Positions 34,833 to 43,104 of a stretch of DNA of 64,000 bases are shown in pieces. Where the stretch lies: positions 186,001 to 250,000 of the IMG/VR virus record IMGVR_UViG_3300044796_000662; one strand, 5' to 3'. The notes under the pieces were generated by a model. That model had not been told where the DNA came from. It saw only the letters and a list, made by a program, of their open reading frames with translations, and made no database searches. The position numbers were made by a program, and so were the translations under genes. Positions within the stretch are counted from its first letter, which is position 1, and every line of letters starts with the position of its first letter.

Positions 34833-37800
34833 TCAGCCGAGCTTCTTGATGGTCTCCAGGAGCGGGCGGTATGCCTCGCGCAGGTGCGGGTTCGCCGCAG
34901 CCATCTTGATGACGGCGGAGCGGAGCTGGGTGTAGGACGCATCCTTCTGCTGTCCCTGACCCTGCTCATCCTTCTTCTCGCCGTCTTCCTTCTTGCCCTT
35001 CTGGTGCTCCAGGAACTCGGGCGGGAGCTGGGCCTGCTTCTGTTGCTGACCCTGCGACTCCTCTTGCTGCTCCTGCTCGGCGACCTTCATGGACAGATCG
35101 ACGAGGTCGTAGGCGACCACGGGGTTGCTGGACGCATACTTCGACGCGAACTGGCGGATGATGGCCGAGGGCTTCATGGGGTGTCCTTCTCCTGCTGTGG
35201 AGTGATAAAGAGACTCTGACGCCATCTTGGCGCCCGTATCGACTGTGATTGGACCCTTGATGTTGCTGCGGTCGGGCAGAAGAGCGTACGGATCCGACTC
35301 TCCCGTGAGCCGCGCGAGCAGCATGTTGTAGATCGGCGGCTGAAGGCCAACCGAGTACCGGCCGTTCTCGTGATCACGGATGGCCAGTTCCAGAGCCGCT
35401 CGAACCTGCGTCTCACGGTAGATGCCGTTCATCGCAGTCGAGAGGACGGGGGTCTTGAGCCACTCGCGGGCCGCCTTGACCAGGGAGTCGAAGTCCTTCT
35501 CCCCAAGGTCACGCTGGTGCACCTGAGTCCAGGGCACATACGGCGTGTTGACGGCCTTGTCCTTGGGGTACGGTTCAACGCCCCAGTAGACAGCCGCCTT
35601 TGCACGCTCCGCTACGCGGATGGAAAGCGAGTCGCCCATCGCCCAATGGGGCTTACAAGTAGAAACTCCGCTCACTCGGGCTACGACGCGCGCCAGAGTG
35701 GAGGCGGTCTTCAGGGCCGAATCCTGGTCCTTCAAGCGGTCGTAGAGCTGTTTGCGGGCGTCCTTCACATCTCCCGGCTCCCCGCGCGCCTGACCGTAGC
35801 CTGCCGGTCGTGGTGGGGGCTGGGGCAGATCCGCAGGTACGCCCTCACCCTGGCGGTAGGGGTCGCTGACGCGGTCCTTGTGCTTCTTGACGGCCTTGTC
35901 GTAGTCGTCGCCCCACTTCTTGAGCTTGTCCTCGTACTCGTCGTACTCCTTCTCCTTGATGTAGGAGTTGACGAAGGGGTACTTCTCCGGGGCCAGCGTG
36001 CGGATCTTGTCGAGGACGCGGTTGCGGAAGTTCTGCTTCGCCGGGATCTGCCCGCGCATCTCCTTCGGGTAGCGCTTGTCGGCCTTGTCGAAGAACTCGT
36101 CAATGCGCTTGAGGCCCTTGACGATCGCGCCCGGTGACTCGTGCTCCGAGATCGCGCTGGGCGAGTCATGGGAGAGGAACTCCTTCTGCGCACGAAGGTA
36201 GTCGTTGGCCTGCGCGTAGCCGACCGCAAGCCGCTGCGCTGCCGGATCGTCCTTGAGCTGATCGAGGAGCTTACCGATCTGCTTCTCGCTGATTTCCTTC
36301 GGCGCGGGGCGCTTGGGTAGCGCCTTGTCTTCGCTCTCGTCGTACTCCTCGCCGCGGTCCCTCGCCTCTTGGGTGTGCTGCTCAATCAGCATCTCCCTCT
36401 TGCGTTGCCAGCGAGCGTACTTGTCGGCGTCATCCTCCATGAGGCCACGCTCGACAGCATCCTTGAAGACGTGCTTGGCCATCGTGGTTGCGCGAGCATC
36501 ACGATCCTCAGGCGTCTCGTTCGGGTGCTTGCGAAGCATGAAGTCGGCGATGTGCCCCAGAAGCTCATCGGGGGCGTTCGTCTTCTTCCGGAGCTTGTCC
36601 ACCTGCTTCTCTCGGGCAGCAAGGCTCATCCCCAGAACGAACATGCGGTGCTTCTGCATCGCATCGGCCTTCTCGCCTTCGGACAGCTTCTCGAAAGGCA
36701 CTTCCTCGCCGTAGCGGTTCAGTCCCTTGGCGGGCGGGCGGACCTTCTCCGGATCCGTCTCGTAGTGTCCCTCGACGGCCTTGATCAGGCTGTCGCCACT
36801 CTTCTCCCCCATCGCCATCGAATGCGTTTCCACGAGGTCACGCACATCGTCCGGGTGAAGCGGGGGATCAGACTCAAGCAGGCGCTCGGCAACATCCGCC
36901 GGCATCGTCTCGATGATCTGACGCTTGGCCTTGTCCTGCTCCTCAGGGGTGACCTCACGCCGACTTGGTTGCGGAGGCAGGTGGTGCATCTCCGCGGCCG
37001 CCGCGAGCAAGTCTCCTACGGTCTTGACGCCAGGGGGAAGGTCGGCATCCCGCAGCTCGGGGATCGACTTCTTGATGCTCTGGTACTCCAGCCTGCCACC
37101 CTGCTCCTTGAGACGCTCGCGCAGGTCGCTATGGGGGTTCGCCAGATCCTTCAAGGTTCGCGAGAGTTCGGGATTCGTGACCGCCTTCTCACGCAGACCC
37201 TTGAGGTTCTCGTTGATGGCTTTGGACCGCTGGAAGCGCTCCACCCAATCGGCCTGCGCACGTGGGGGGAGGCTCTCGAAGGGAACGTGCTTCTTTTTCT
37301 TCTCGTCCGGGTAGAGCATCTCCCCGGAGTCGTCGCGGACGGTGCTGGAGTCCTCGTCCGCCCAGTCCTGAAACTCGGGCGTCTTGTGCTTCTGTCCCTT
37401 GATGAACTCGGCGGTGGCCGCCTCTTCCTCGGAAGGCTTGACCTTCGGGCGCTCGGACTTCTCGTCCTTCTTCTTGCCCTTCGGCTTCTCTTCCGGCGGA
37501 GGCTCGGCGATGGTCTTGAGACCCTCGGCAAGCTGCTCCTCCGAAGGCTTTCCAGCCGGCGCGGGCTGCTCCTTCGCTGCCGGCATCGGCTGCGTCGGCA
37601 TGGGCTGCGTCTTCGGCGTCGGGCGAGGGACAGGGGGCTTGGCAGCGGGCGGAGCCCCTGGCTTGGCACCTGGGGCCTGTCCTGCGGGAGCCTGACCGGG
37701 AGCCGCCTGAGGAGGGGCCTTGGGCGTAGGACGTGGGACAGGGGGCCGCGCCGGCTTCGCTTCTGCGGCCGGAGGCTTGCCCTCTTCCTTCTTGGGTTCC

Positions 37801-38876
37801 GCCTTCGGCTCGGAGAGCTTGAGGGCGTTCATGAAGTCGCCAACGGTCTTGACGTTCTTCGGGAAGATGCCCCGCAGATGCTTGGCGATCTCCTCGCCGG
37901 GGCTCATCTTCTGGCGCAGACGTGCGAACGAAGCAGGGTCCGCCGAGTCGAACTGGTGAATGAACGTCCCCACGGCGGGGTCGTTCTTGGCCATCTCGCG
38001 AAGCTGCTTGCCGGACTCGGCGAGTTCGCCTTCCTTGGTCGGCTCAAGAGGGGGGCCGCCTGTCGGACCCTCACCCTTCGGCGCCTCTGCCGGCTTGCCC
38101 TCACCCTTCGCGGGTTCCGGCTTTTCGTTCTTCGGCTCGGCCTCGTCCTCTTCCTTCCAGCGCGCCTTGAGCTTCTCCTCGACCTTGTCAAGCTGCTTGG
38201 TCGCATTGATGGCCTGACGAAGGTCACCCATGGTCTTGAACGGCTTGAAGGCAGGATTCTTCTCGGTGTCGATGAGGGCCTTCGGCATCCGATCGAGCGG
38301 GATCTCGTTGCCCCACCCACGCAGCTCGCTCTTCGGGTCGATGAGCGACTTCGTGAAGGACTGGAGCGCCAGGTCGTCGTCGATGGCGTCCTTCAAGCCG
38401 TGAAGCGCCTGGAGCTTCTGCTCCTCCTTCTTGCGCTTCTCGTGCTTGGGCTCCCCCGACTCGGGCTTCTTGGCACCGGGCTCCCCAGGCTTCTCGACCT
38501 TGGGCTCTTCAGGCGCACCCCCCGCATCCTCCTCGCCTTCCTTCACGGGCTCGTAGTCGCGCCCGTTCTCGCTCTGGAGGAAGTCCTTCGTGACCTCGCG
38601 GGTCTGCCCCGTCTCCCGGTGACGGACCTTGACCTTCGGAGACTCCTCGGCCCACCGAGTGAAGGCCCGGCCGAGCACACGGGCCACTATCGAGGCGGCA
38701 GCGGCGTCCTTGTCGTGCTTCTCAGGCTCGTCGTCCACTTCGATCCGCTCACGCCGCAAGTCTTTGCGCGGCGGCTTGACCTTGGGCGAGGGACGAATGA
38801 GACGCTCGGTCTCTTCCGTCTCCCGCTCGAAGTGGTCCTTTGTTGAGCGGATCTCCACGCTCAGCCCACGCCACAA
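34833..38876 (-). CDS. Large charged protein downstream of portal (putative internal head/core protein)
   Basis: 1347-aa ORF, K/E/P-rich, internal repeats; start may be GTG 38858. Confidence 0.75.
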   Translation of the reverse strand: MWRGLSVEIRSTKDHFERETEETERLIRPSPKVKPPRKDLRRERIEVDDEPEKHDKDAAAASIVARVLGRAFTRWAEESPKVKVRHRETGQTREVTKDFLQSENGRDYEPVKEGEEDAGGAPEEPKVEKPGEPGAKKPESGEPKHEKRKKEEQKLQALHGLKDAIDDDLALQSFTKSLIDPKSELRGWGNEIPLDRMPKALIDTEKNPAFKPFKTMGDLRQAINATKQLDKVEEKLKARWKEEDEAEPKNEKPEPAKGEGKPAEAPKGEGPTGGPPLEPTKEGELAESGKQLREMAKNDPAVGTFIHQFDSADPASFARLRQKMSPGEEIAKHLRGIFPKNVKTVGDFMNALKLSEPKAEPKKEEGKPPAAEAKPARPPVPRPTPKAPPQAAPGQAPAGQAPGAKPGAPPAAKPPVPRPTPKTQPMPTQPMPAAKEQPAPAGKPSEEQLAEGLKTIAEPPPEEKPKGKKKDEKSERPKVKPSEEEAATAEFIKGQKHKTPEFQDWADEDSSTVRDDSGEMLYPDEKKKKHVPFESLPPRAQADWVERFQRSKAINENLKGLREKAVTNPELSRTLKDLANPHSDLRERLKEQGGRLEYQSIKKSIPELRDADLPPGVKTVGDLLAAAAEMHHLPPQPSRREVTPEEQDKAKRQIIETMPADVAERLLESDPPLHPDDVRDLVETHSMAMGEKSGDSLIKAVEGHYETDPEKVRPPAKGLNRYGEEVPFEKLSEGEKADAMQKHRMFVLGMSLAAREKQVDKLRKKTNAPDELLGHIADFMLRKHPNETPEDRDARATTMAKHVFKDAVERGLMEDDADKYARWQRKREMLIEQHTQEARDRGEEYDESEDKALPKRPAPKEISEKQIGKLLDQLKDDPAAQRLAVGYAQANDYLRAQKEFLSHDSPSAISEHESPGAIVKGLKRIDEFFDKADKRYPKEMRGQIPAKQNFRNRVLDKIRTLAPEKYPFVNSYIKEKEYDEYEDKLKKWGDDYDKAVKKHKDRVSDPYRQGEGVPADLPQPPPRPAGYGQARGEPGDVKDARKQLYDRLKDQDSALKTASTLARVVARVSGVSTCKPHWAMGDSLSIRVAERAKAAVYWGVEPYPKDKAVNTPYVPWTQVHQRDLGEKDFDSLVKAAREWLKTPVLSTAMNGIYRETQVRAALELAIRDHENGRYSVGLQPPIYNMLLARLTGESDPYALLPDRSNIKGPITVDTGAKMASESLYHSTAGEGHPMKPSAIIRQFASKYASSNPVVAYDLVDLSMKVAEQEQQEESQGQQQKQAQLPPEFLEHQKGKKEDGEKKDEQGQGQQKDASYTQLRSAVIKMAAANPHLREAYRPLLETIKKLG

Positions 38877-38888
38877 CTAGAAAACCAC

Positions 38889-40745
38889 TTACCCGCCGCC
38901 GAAGCGGTCGTTGGCGGCGTTGGGCTCTTCCTTGATCTTGAGGCCCAGGTAGTCGGTGATCTTGTCGGACAGGTCGGACTTCTCGGCAAGCGTCTGGCCG
39001 AGCGCCGAGTAAGCCGCACGGCTCATTTCGTTGAAGAGCGCGTCGTTGACCGTCCAGAGGTCGCGCTTGATCTTCGTCGCCGTGTCGTCCGGATCGATGT
39101 TGAACATCTCCAGGATGAGGTCGATCGAGATCGAGCCCTTCTGGTACAGGTTGTAGAGCGCGTCGAACGTGTCCTGGCTGTCGCGCAGCGGCAGACGCGT
39201 GAAGGAGAGCTTGGGGTAGAGGACGACTTCCTCGCCCCACTTGTCCTTCTCGACGAAGCCCTTGCGACGCGCAACCGGCTTGAACAGGTACTCCTCGACG
39301 TACTCCTGAAGGATCTCCCGAAGGAAGAGGTAGCGCTGGTTGATGACTTCGAGCTTGAGGCGGTCGCCCGAGTAGAGCGTTTCGCCAGAGAGCAGCGACT
39401 CAGTCACGCCAAGACCAGTGCGCAGACGGCGCTCGGTCTGCTCGTACTCCGTCGAGAGATCGAGAAGGCGGTCCTTGCTGCCCATCTCCTCCCAGTGGAC
39501 CTCGTAGTTGGCTACGATGGAGTAGTCGGGATCGACAAGCGACAGGTCCACCTGCTCACGGAGGTCGTCGGCGTCCGTGTCCGAGATGTCCTCAGCCCAC
39601 ACGATACGCTTGGGGGTCATCGCGCGGCTGGCGATCTGTGTCTGCGCCTGGCGAAGCTTCTCGCGGTAGTACAGGGTCCGGAGGCACCGATCGAGGATGC
39701 TCTGCCCAAGCTCCTCGCCGGCCTGCTTACGGCCCGAAAGCATGTAGACGAACGAACCCTCATCGGGGTCCGTGCCAAGCGGGATGAGGCGTCCAGAGCC
39801 GATGAACTCCCGGACTTCCTCGGGCATCTCAGCGGCCATCTCGGCGGCCACGGGATCGCCCATGTTCGCCTGCTCGATGAGCGCGCGGTCACGGTCCGAG
39901 GGGATCAGCTCGACGCGGATCTTGTCGGTGAAGCTGAAGGTGCTGATCTGCACCTGGTCGATCGGGAAGATGATGAGCCGGTCCCACCCCTTGTAGTTCT
40001 TGCGGTAGTGCTCCAGCTCTTCTTCTTCGCGGTTGTCCTTCTCCGTGTAGCCCTTCTCTTGCTGCTCGATCGTTTCGCCGTCCTCGGTCACAACCGAGCG
40101 GGTGACGACCTGCTCCTTGTACCCAACCTCGGGCGGGATGGGGACTTCGCTGTCCTCCGCGAAGATCGCTGTAGTTCCATCCAACCAGAGGTGGTGGACG
40201 CCCATGACGAGCTTCTGGAACAGCTTGAGGCGCTTCTCCATCTTCTGGAAGAAGCTCAGGATGTACCGACCGTAGTCCTCGGGGTCGTCGAACCCCTTGG
40301 GGCACGTACGAGGCTTGGGGGCCGCGAGGCGAACCTTGGAAAGGGGCAACTCCGTGTGCAGGTCGATCGACTGCGCGACGATCTCGTCGGTGTTGTAAAA
40401 GTGCCGATAGATCTCGCGCTTCTCGCGGATCGACTGCGGCAGTTCAAGGAAGTCCGTCGAGAGCTGCGGGGAGAAGAACGAGCTGGTCCCCGACATCATC
40501 GTGTCGGCGCTGCCTACCGGATCGATGCCGTAGGCCGCGATCTTCGTGCGGTTCGACTGGATGCCGAATGGATCGGTCTTCTGCTGGAACAGCTTCGCCA
40601 GACGGCGAGCCTCACGCTCACGCTCCGTGAGCGGCGCCATCTTGCTACCCTGAGGCCCAGCCGCGTAATGCTTCGTCTTGACAGACGGGGGCATCGGCGC
40701 CGAGTTGGCACGTACGTTCGAGACGTTCGTGAACTTAACGGGCAC
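38889..40745 (-). CDS. Portal protein
   Basis: YRHFYNTDEIVAQSIDLH, GQSILDRCLRTLYYREKLRQAQ..IA.R..TP.R; between terminase and protease. Confidence 0.8.
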   Translation of the reverse strand: MPVKFTNVSNVRANSAPMPPSVKTKHYAAGPQGSKMAPLTEREREARRLAKLFQQKTDPFGIQSNRTKIAAYGIDPVGSADTMMSGTSSFFSPQLSTDFLELPQSIREKREIYRHFYNTDEIVAQSIDLHTELPLSKVRLAAPKPRTCPKGFDDPEDYGRYILSFFQKMEKRLKLFQKLVMGVHHLWLDGTTAIFAEDSEVPIPPEVGYKEQVVTRSVVTEDGETIEQQEKGYTEKDNREEEELEHYRKNYKGWDRLIIFPIDQVQISTFSFTDKIRVELIPSDRDRALIEQANMGDPVAAEMAAEMPEEVREFIGSGRLIPLGTDPDEGSFVYMLSGRKQAGEELGQSILDRCLRTLYYREKLRQAQTQIASRAMTPKRIVWAEDISDTDADDLREQVDLSLVDPDYSIVANYEVHWEEMGSKDRLLDLSTEYEQTERRLRTGLGVTESLLSGETLYSGDRLKLEVINQRYLFLREILQEYVEEYLFKPVARRKGFVEKDKWGEEVVLYPKLSFTRLPLRDSQDTFDALYNLYQKGSISIDLILEMFNIDPDDTATKIKRDLWTVNDALFNEMSRAAYSALGQTLAEKSDLSDKITDYLGLKIKEEPNAANDRFGGG

Positions 40746-41238
40746 CGCGGACGATCTCCTTCCCGTACAATTTCATAAAATCTTCAAGAGGTTTATCGTC
40801 CCCCTTGAGCGGATTTGGGTTGTGCAGCGGGTCCACACGCACGGGCCGGTCGGCCTTCGGCTGAGCTTGTGGCATGGATGGCCTGGGCTCCAACTCGGCA
40901 TGCTGGCGCTGAGCCGAGGACAGCACCCGGTCGGTTGTGCTTGTCCTTCTGAGCCCTTGCTGCACGGCAGCCGCCAGCCGAGTCCAACCGTTGGCGTACG
41001 CAAGGTACGCTGGAGTCGTACTGTTGGCTCCTCCTCGCCGCACCTGGGCATAGAGAACGCGGGACAGCTCAATGACCCGCTGAGCTGCGAGGTTCATCGT
41101 CTCGCGGAGGGATGAGATCTCCTCCACGATGTCCTCGGGGGTCATCGTCTGCGCGTTGCGCGCACCCGAGGCGACCCGAGAACGGTAGATGTCCTCAAAC
41201 TGGCCGCGTCTGATCCGATCTTCTGTGTCGTTCGGCAT
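40735..41238 (-). CDS. Hypothetical protein
   Basis: Probable start MPNDTED at 41238; longer track ORF overlaps the upstream gene. Confidence 0.65.
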   Translation of the reverse strand: MPNDTEDRIRRGQFEDIYRSRVASGARNAQTMTPEDIVEEISSLRETMNLAAQRVIELSRVLYAQVRRGGANSTTPAYLAYANGWTRLAAAVQQGLRRTSTTDRVLSSAQRQHAELEPRPSMPQAQPKADRPVRVDPLHNPNPLKGDDKPLEDFMKLYGKEIVRGAR

Positions 41239-41246
41239 GTTGCCTT

Positions 41247-41786
41247 TCAGAGCTTCGTCTGAACCCCCAAGTACGACTGGTTGTACTGGTTGGGTACCTG
41301 AGAGACGAGCCCGCAATACAACGCCGGCGCGCGAGGATCGCCGCTCAGAGTCAGCTCGTCTTCCTTGGTCCAGTACCCTCGAAGCGACATGTACAGGGGG
41401 TCGCTCGCGTTGTAGACGAGAGGGACAAGAGGACCCGAAAGCCTCGAAGCGTACGTGTACTGCTCGTAAGTGCGCGTCGAGATGATGGCCCGACCTGCCA
41501 TGAGAACGCCGTAGTCGTAGTAGAGGAACTGACCCGTCATGGCCGTAAGCTGATCGGCTGTCTCGTTCGACCCCCAGAGCATGAAACCGCCGAAAAGCCC
41601 GGAAGAATAGGTCAGAATCGGCGTGTCCGGATCCGTGTACACGTCCCACTGCACGCCCTGACCGCCAACCCAACCGCCCTCCAGCATCGCCTGAGAGACC
41701 GTCATGGCATAGGCGTCCCCCTTGGAGAACACGATGCAATCGCGGTCTCGTAGAAGGTCGATGCCTTGGAAGTCGATCTTGAGCAT
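41247..41786 (-). CDS. Decoration-like protein, paralogue 3 of tandem triplet
   Basis: GFMLWGSNETADQ...ISTRTYEQYTYASRLSGPLVPLVY...SLRGYWT. Confidence 0.7.
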   Translation of the reverse strand: MLKIDFQGIDLLRDRDCIVFSKGDAYAMTVSQAMLEGGWVGGQGVQWDVYTDPDTPILTYSSGLFGGFMLWGSNETADQLTAMTGQFLYYDYGVLMAGRAIISTRTYEQYTYASRLSGPLVPLVYNASDPLYMSLRGYWTKEDELTLSGDPRAPALYCGLVSQVPNQYNQSYLGVQTKL

Positions 41787-41787
41787 G

Positions 41788-42303
41788 TCAGGTCTGTGTG
41801 GATACGCCGAGATAGTTCAAGTTAAGACTCGGATTGGGGACCTGCATGACAGAACCCACAACGAACCCGAGGCCCGATTCATCCTGAATCGTGAAGAGCC
41901 CTCGCAGAGAGAAGAACAGGGGCGCACCTATTGTGTAGACGTTGGGGACCAGTGGCCCTGCCATGCGCGAGGCGAGGGTGTACTGCTCGTAGGTGCGGGT
42001 CGAGATGCTCCAGCCGCCGAAGCAGTAGGTAGCGAAGGAGTACATCGGCTGGTTCTCCGTGTACGAGATGTACTGGTCCGCCGACTCGTTCGAACCCCAG
42101 AGCAGGAACCCGCCTGGGAGTCCTGCGGAGAAGGTGACGGTGAACGTGTCCGCCGCGGGGTTGTCAGTCCACGTCACGCCCTGCCCGCCAGCCCACCCCT
42201 GAGTCCTGAGGTTGGAGTCGATCATGGGGGTGAACGACGGACCCTTCGCGAAGACGATGACGTCTCGGTCGCGAACATCGGGGTCGAACGGTGCGAGCGT
42301 CAT
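41788..42303 (-). CDS. Decoration-like protein, paralogue 2 of tandem triplet
   Basis: ATGA-coupled start 42303; GFLLWGSNESADQ...ISTRTYEQYTLASRMAGPLVPNVY...SLRGLFT. Confidence 0.7.
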   Translation of the reverse strand: MTLAPFDPDVRDRDVIVFAKGPSFTPMIDSNLRTQGWAGGQGVTWTDNPAADTFTVTFSAGLPGGFLLWGSNESADQYISYTENQPMYSFATYCFGGWSISTRTYEQYTLASRMAGPLVPNVYTIGAPLFFSLRGLFTIQDESGLGFVVGSVMQVPNPSLNLNYLGVSTQT

Positions 42304-42827
42304 ATGGAGACCTGGATGGTCATGTAACCGCCCGTTGATGCAGACGGGACCTGAGACACGAAGCCCGTGTACAGGAGGTTCGGAGCACGGGGATCGAGAC
42401 TGAGCGTCCACTCGTCTTCCTTGGTCCATAGACCACGGAGGGAGAACCGCAGCTTGTCGCTCGGGTTGTAGACGATGGGAACCAGTGGTCCCGACTGCCT
42501 TGAGGCATACGTGTAGACCTCGTATTGAGGCGTCACGATGATCCAGCTCCCGTAGCAGAGGACCCCGAACCTGTAGTAGGGTTGGTTCTCGGTCATCGCC
42601 GTGAACTGGTCGCTCGACTCGTTAGAGCCCCAGAGCAGGAACCCGGCCACGTAGCCGTTGGACTGCGTGACCATCAACTCGTCCTTCGAGGACGTGGTCC
42701 ACTGCGCGCCGATGCCACCCGGCCAGCCCGAGGTCACGAAGTTGTTGTCCACGGTGACCGTGATCGTTTCACCCTTGACGAGGGTGTAGCAGTCGCGAGT
42801 ACGCGGGATCTCGGTGTCCACCGCCAT
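42300..42827 (-). CDS. Decoration-like protein, paralogue 1 of tandem triplet
   Basis: GFLLWGSNESSDQ...YEVYTYASRQSGPLVPIVYNPSDKLRFSLRGLWT. Confidence 0.7.
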   Translation of the reverse strand: MAVDTEIPRTRDCYTLVKGETITVTVDNNFVTSGWPGGIGAQWTTSSKDELMVTQSNGYVAGFLLWGSNESSDQFTAMTENQPYYRFGVLCYGSWIIVTPQYEVYTYASRQSGPLVPIVYNPSDKLRFSLRGLWTKEDEWTLSLDPRAPNLLYTGFVSQVPSASTGGYMTIQVSI

Positions 42828-42828
42828 G

Positions 42829-43080
42829 TCAGATCACCCGGTCCGACTTCTTCTCGTGGGGCAGCTTCGACCAGCCGGTAACGACCTTCGTGAGCAGGTC
42901 CATTTGCTGCATCGAGCCCAGTCCTAGCTGGTCCCAGGACCCGCCAAGCGTGCGGAAGACCACCCGGATCGCCGAGTAGTCGTCAGCCTTGACCTTGAAC
43001 CCGTCTGCGAACAGGTGGTCGATGAGCTGCCGGATCACCTTGTTGGCGAAGATGCGCGGAGGCTTGGGGCGGTCGTCCAC
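42829..43080 (-). CDS. Small hypothetical protein
   Basis: Fills gap after terminase. Confidence 0.6.
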   Translation of the reverse strand: MDDRPKPPRIFANKVIRQLIDHLFADGFKVKADDYSAIRVVFRTLGGSWDQLGLGSMQQMDLLTKVVTGWSKLPHEKKSDRVI

Positions 43081-43104
43081 ACCAGGGCCTTCGCAAAAGA
43101 GCTT

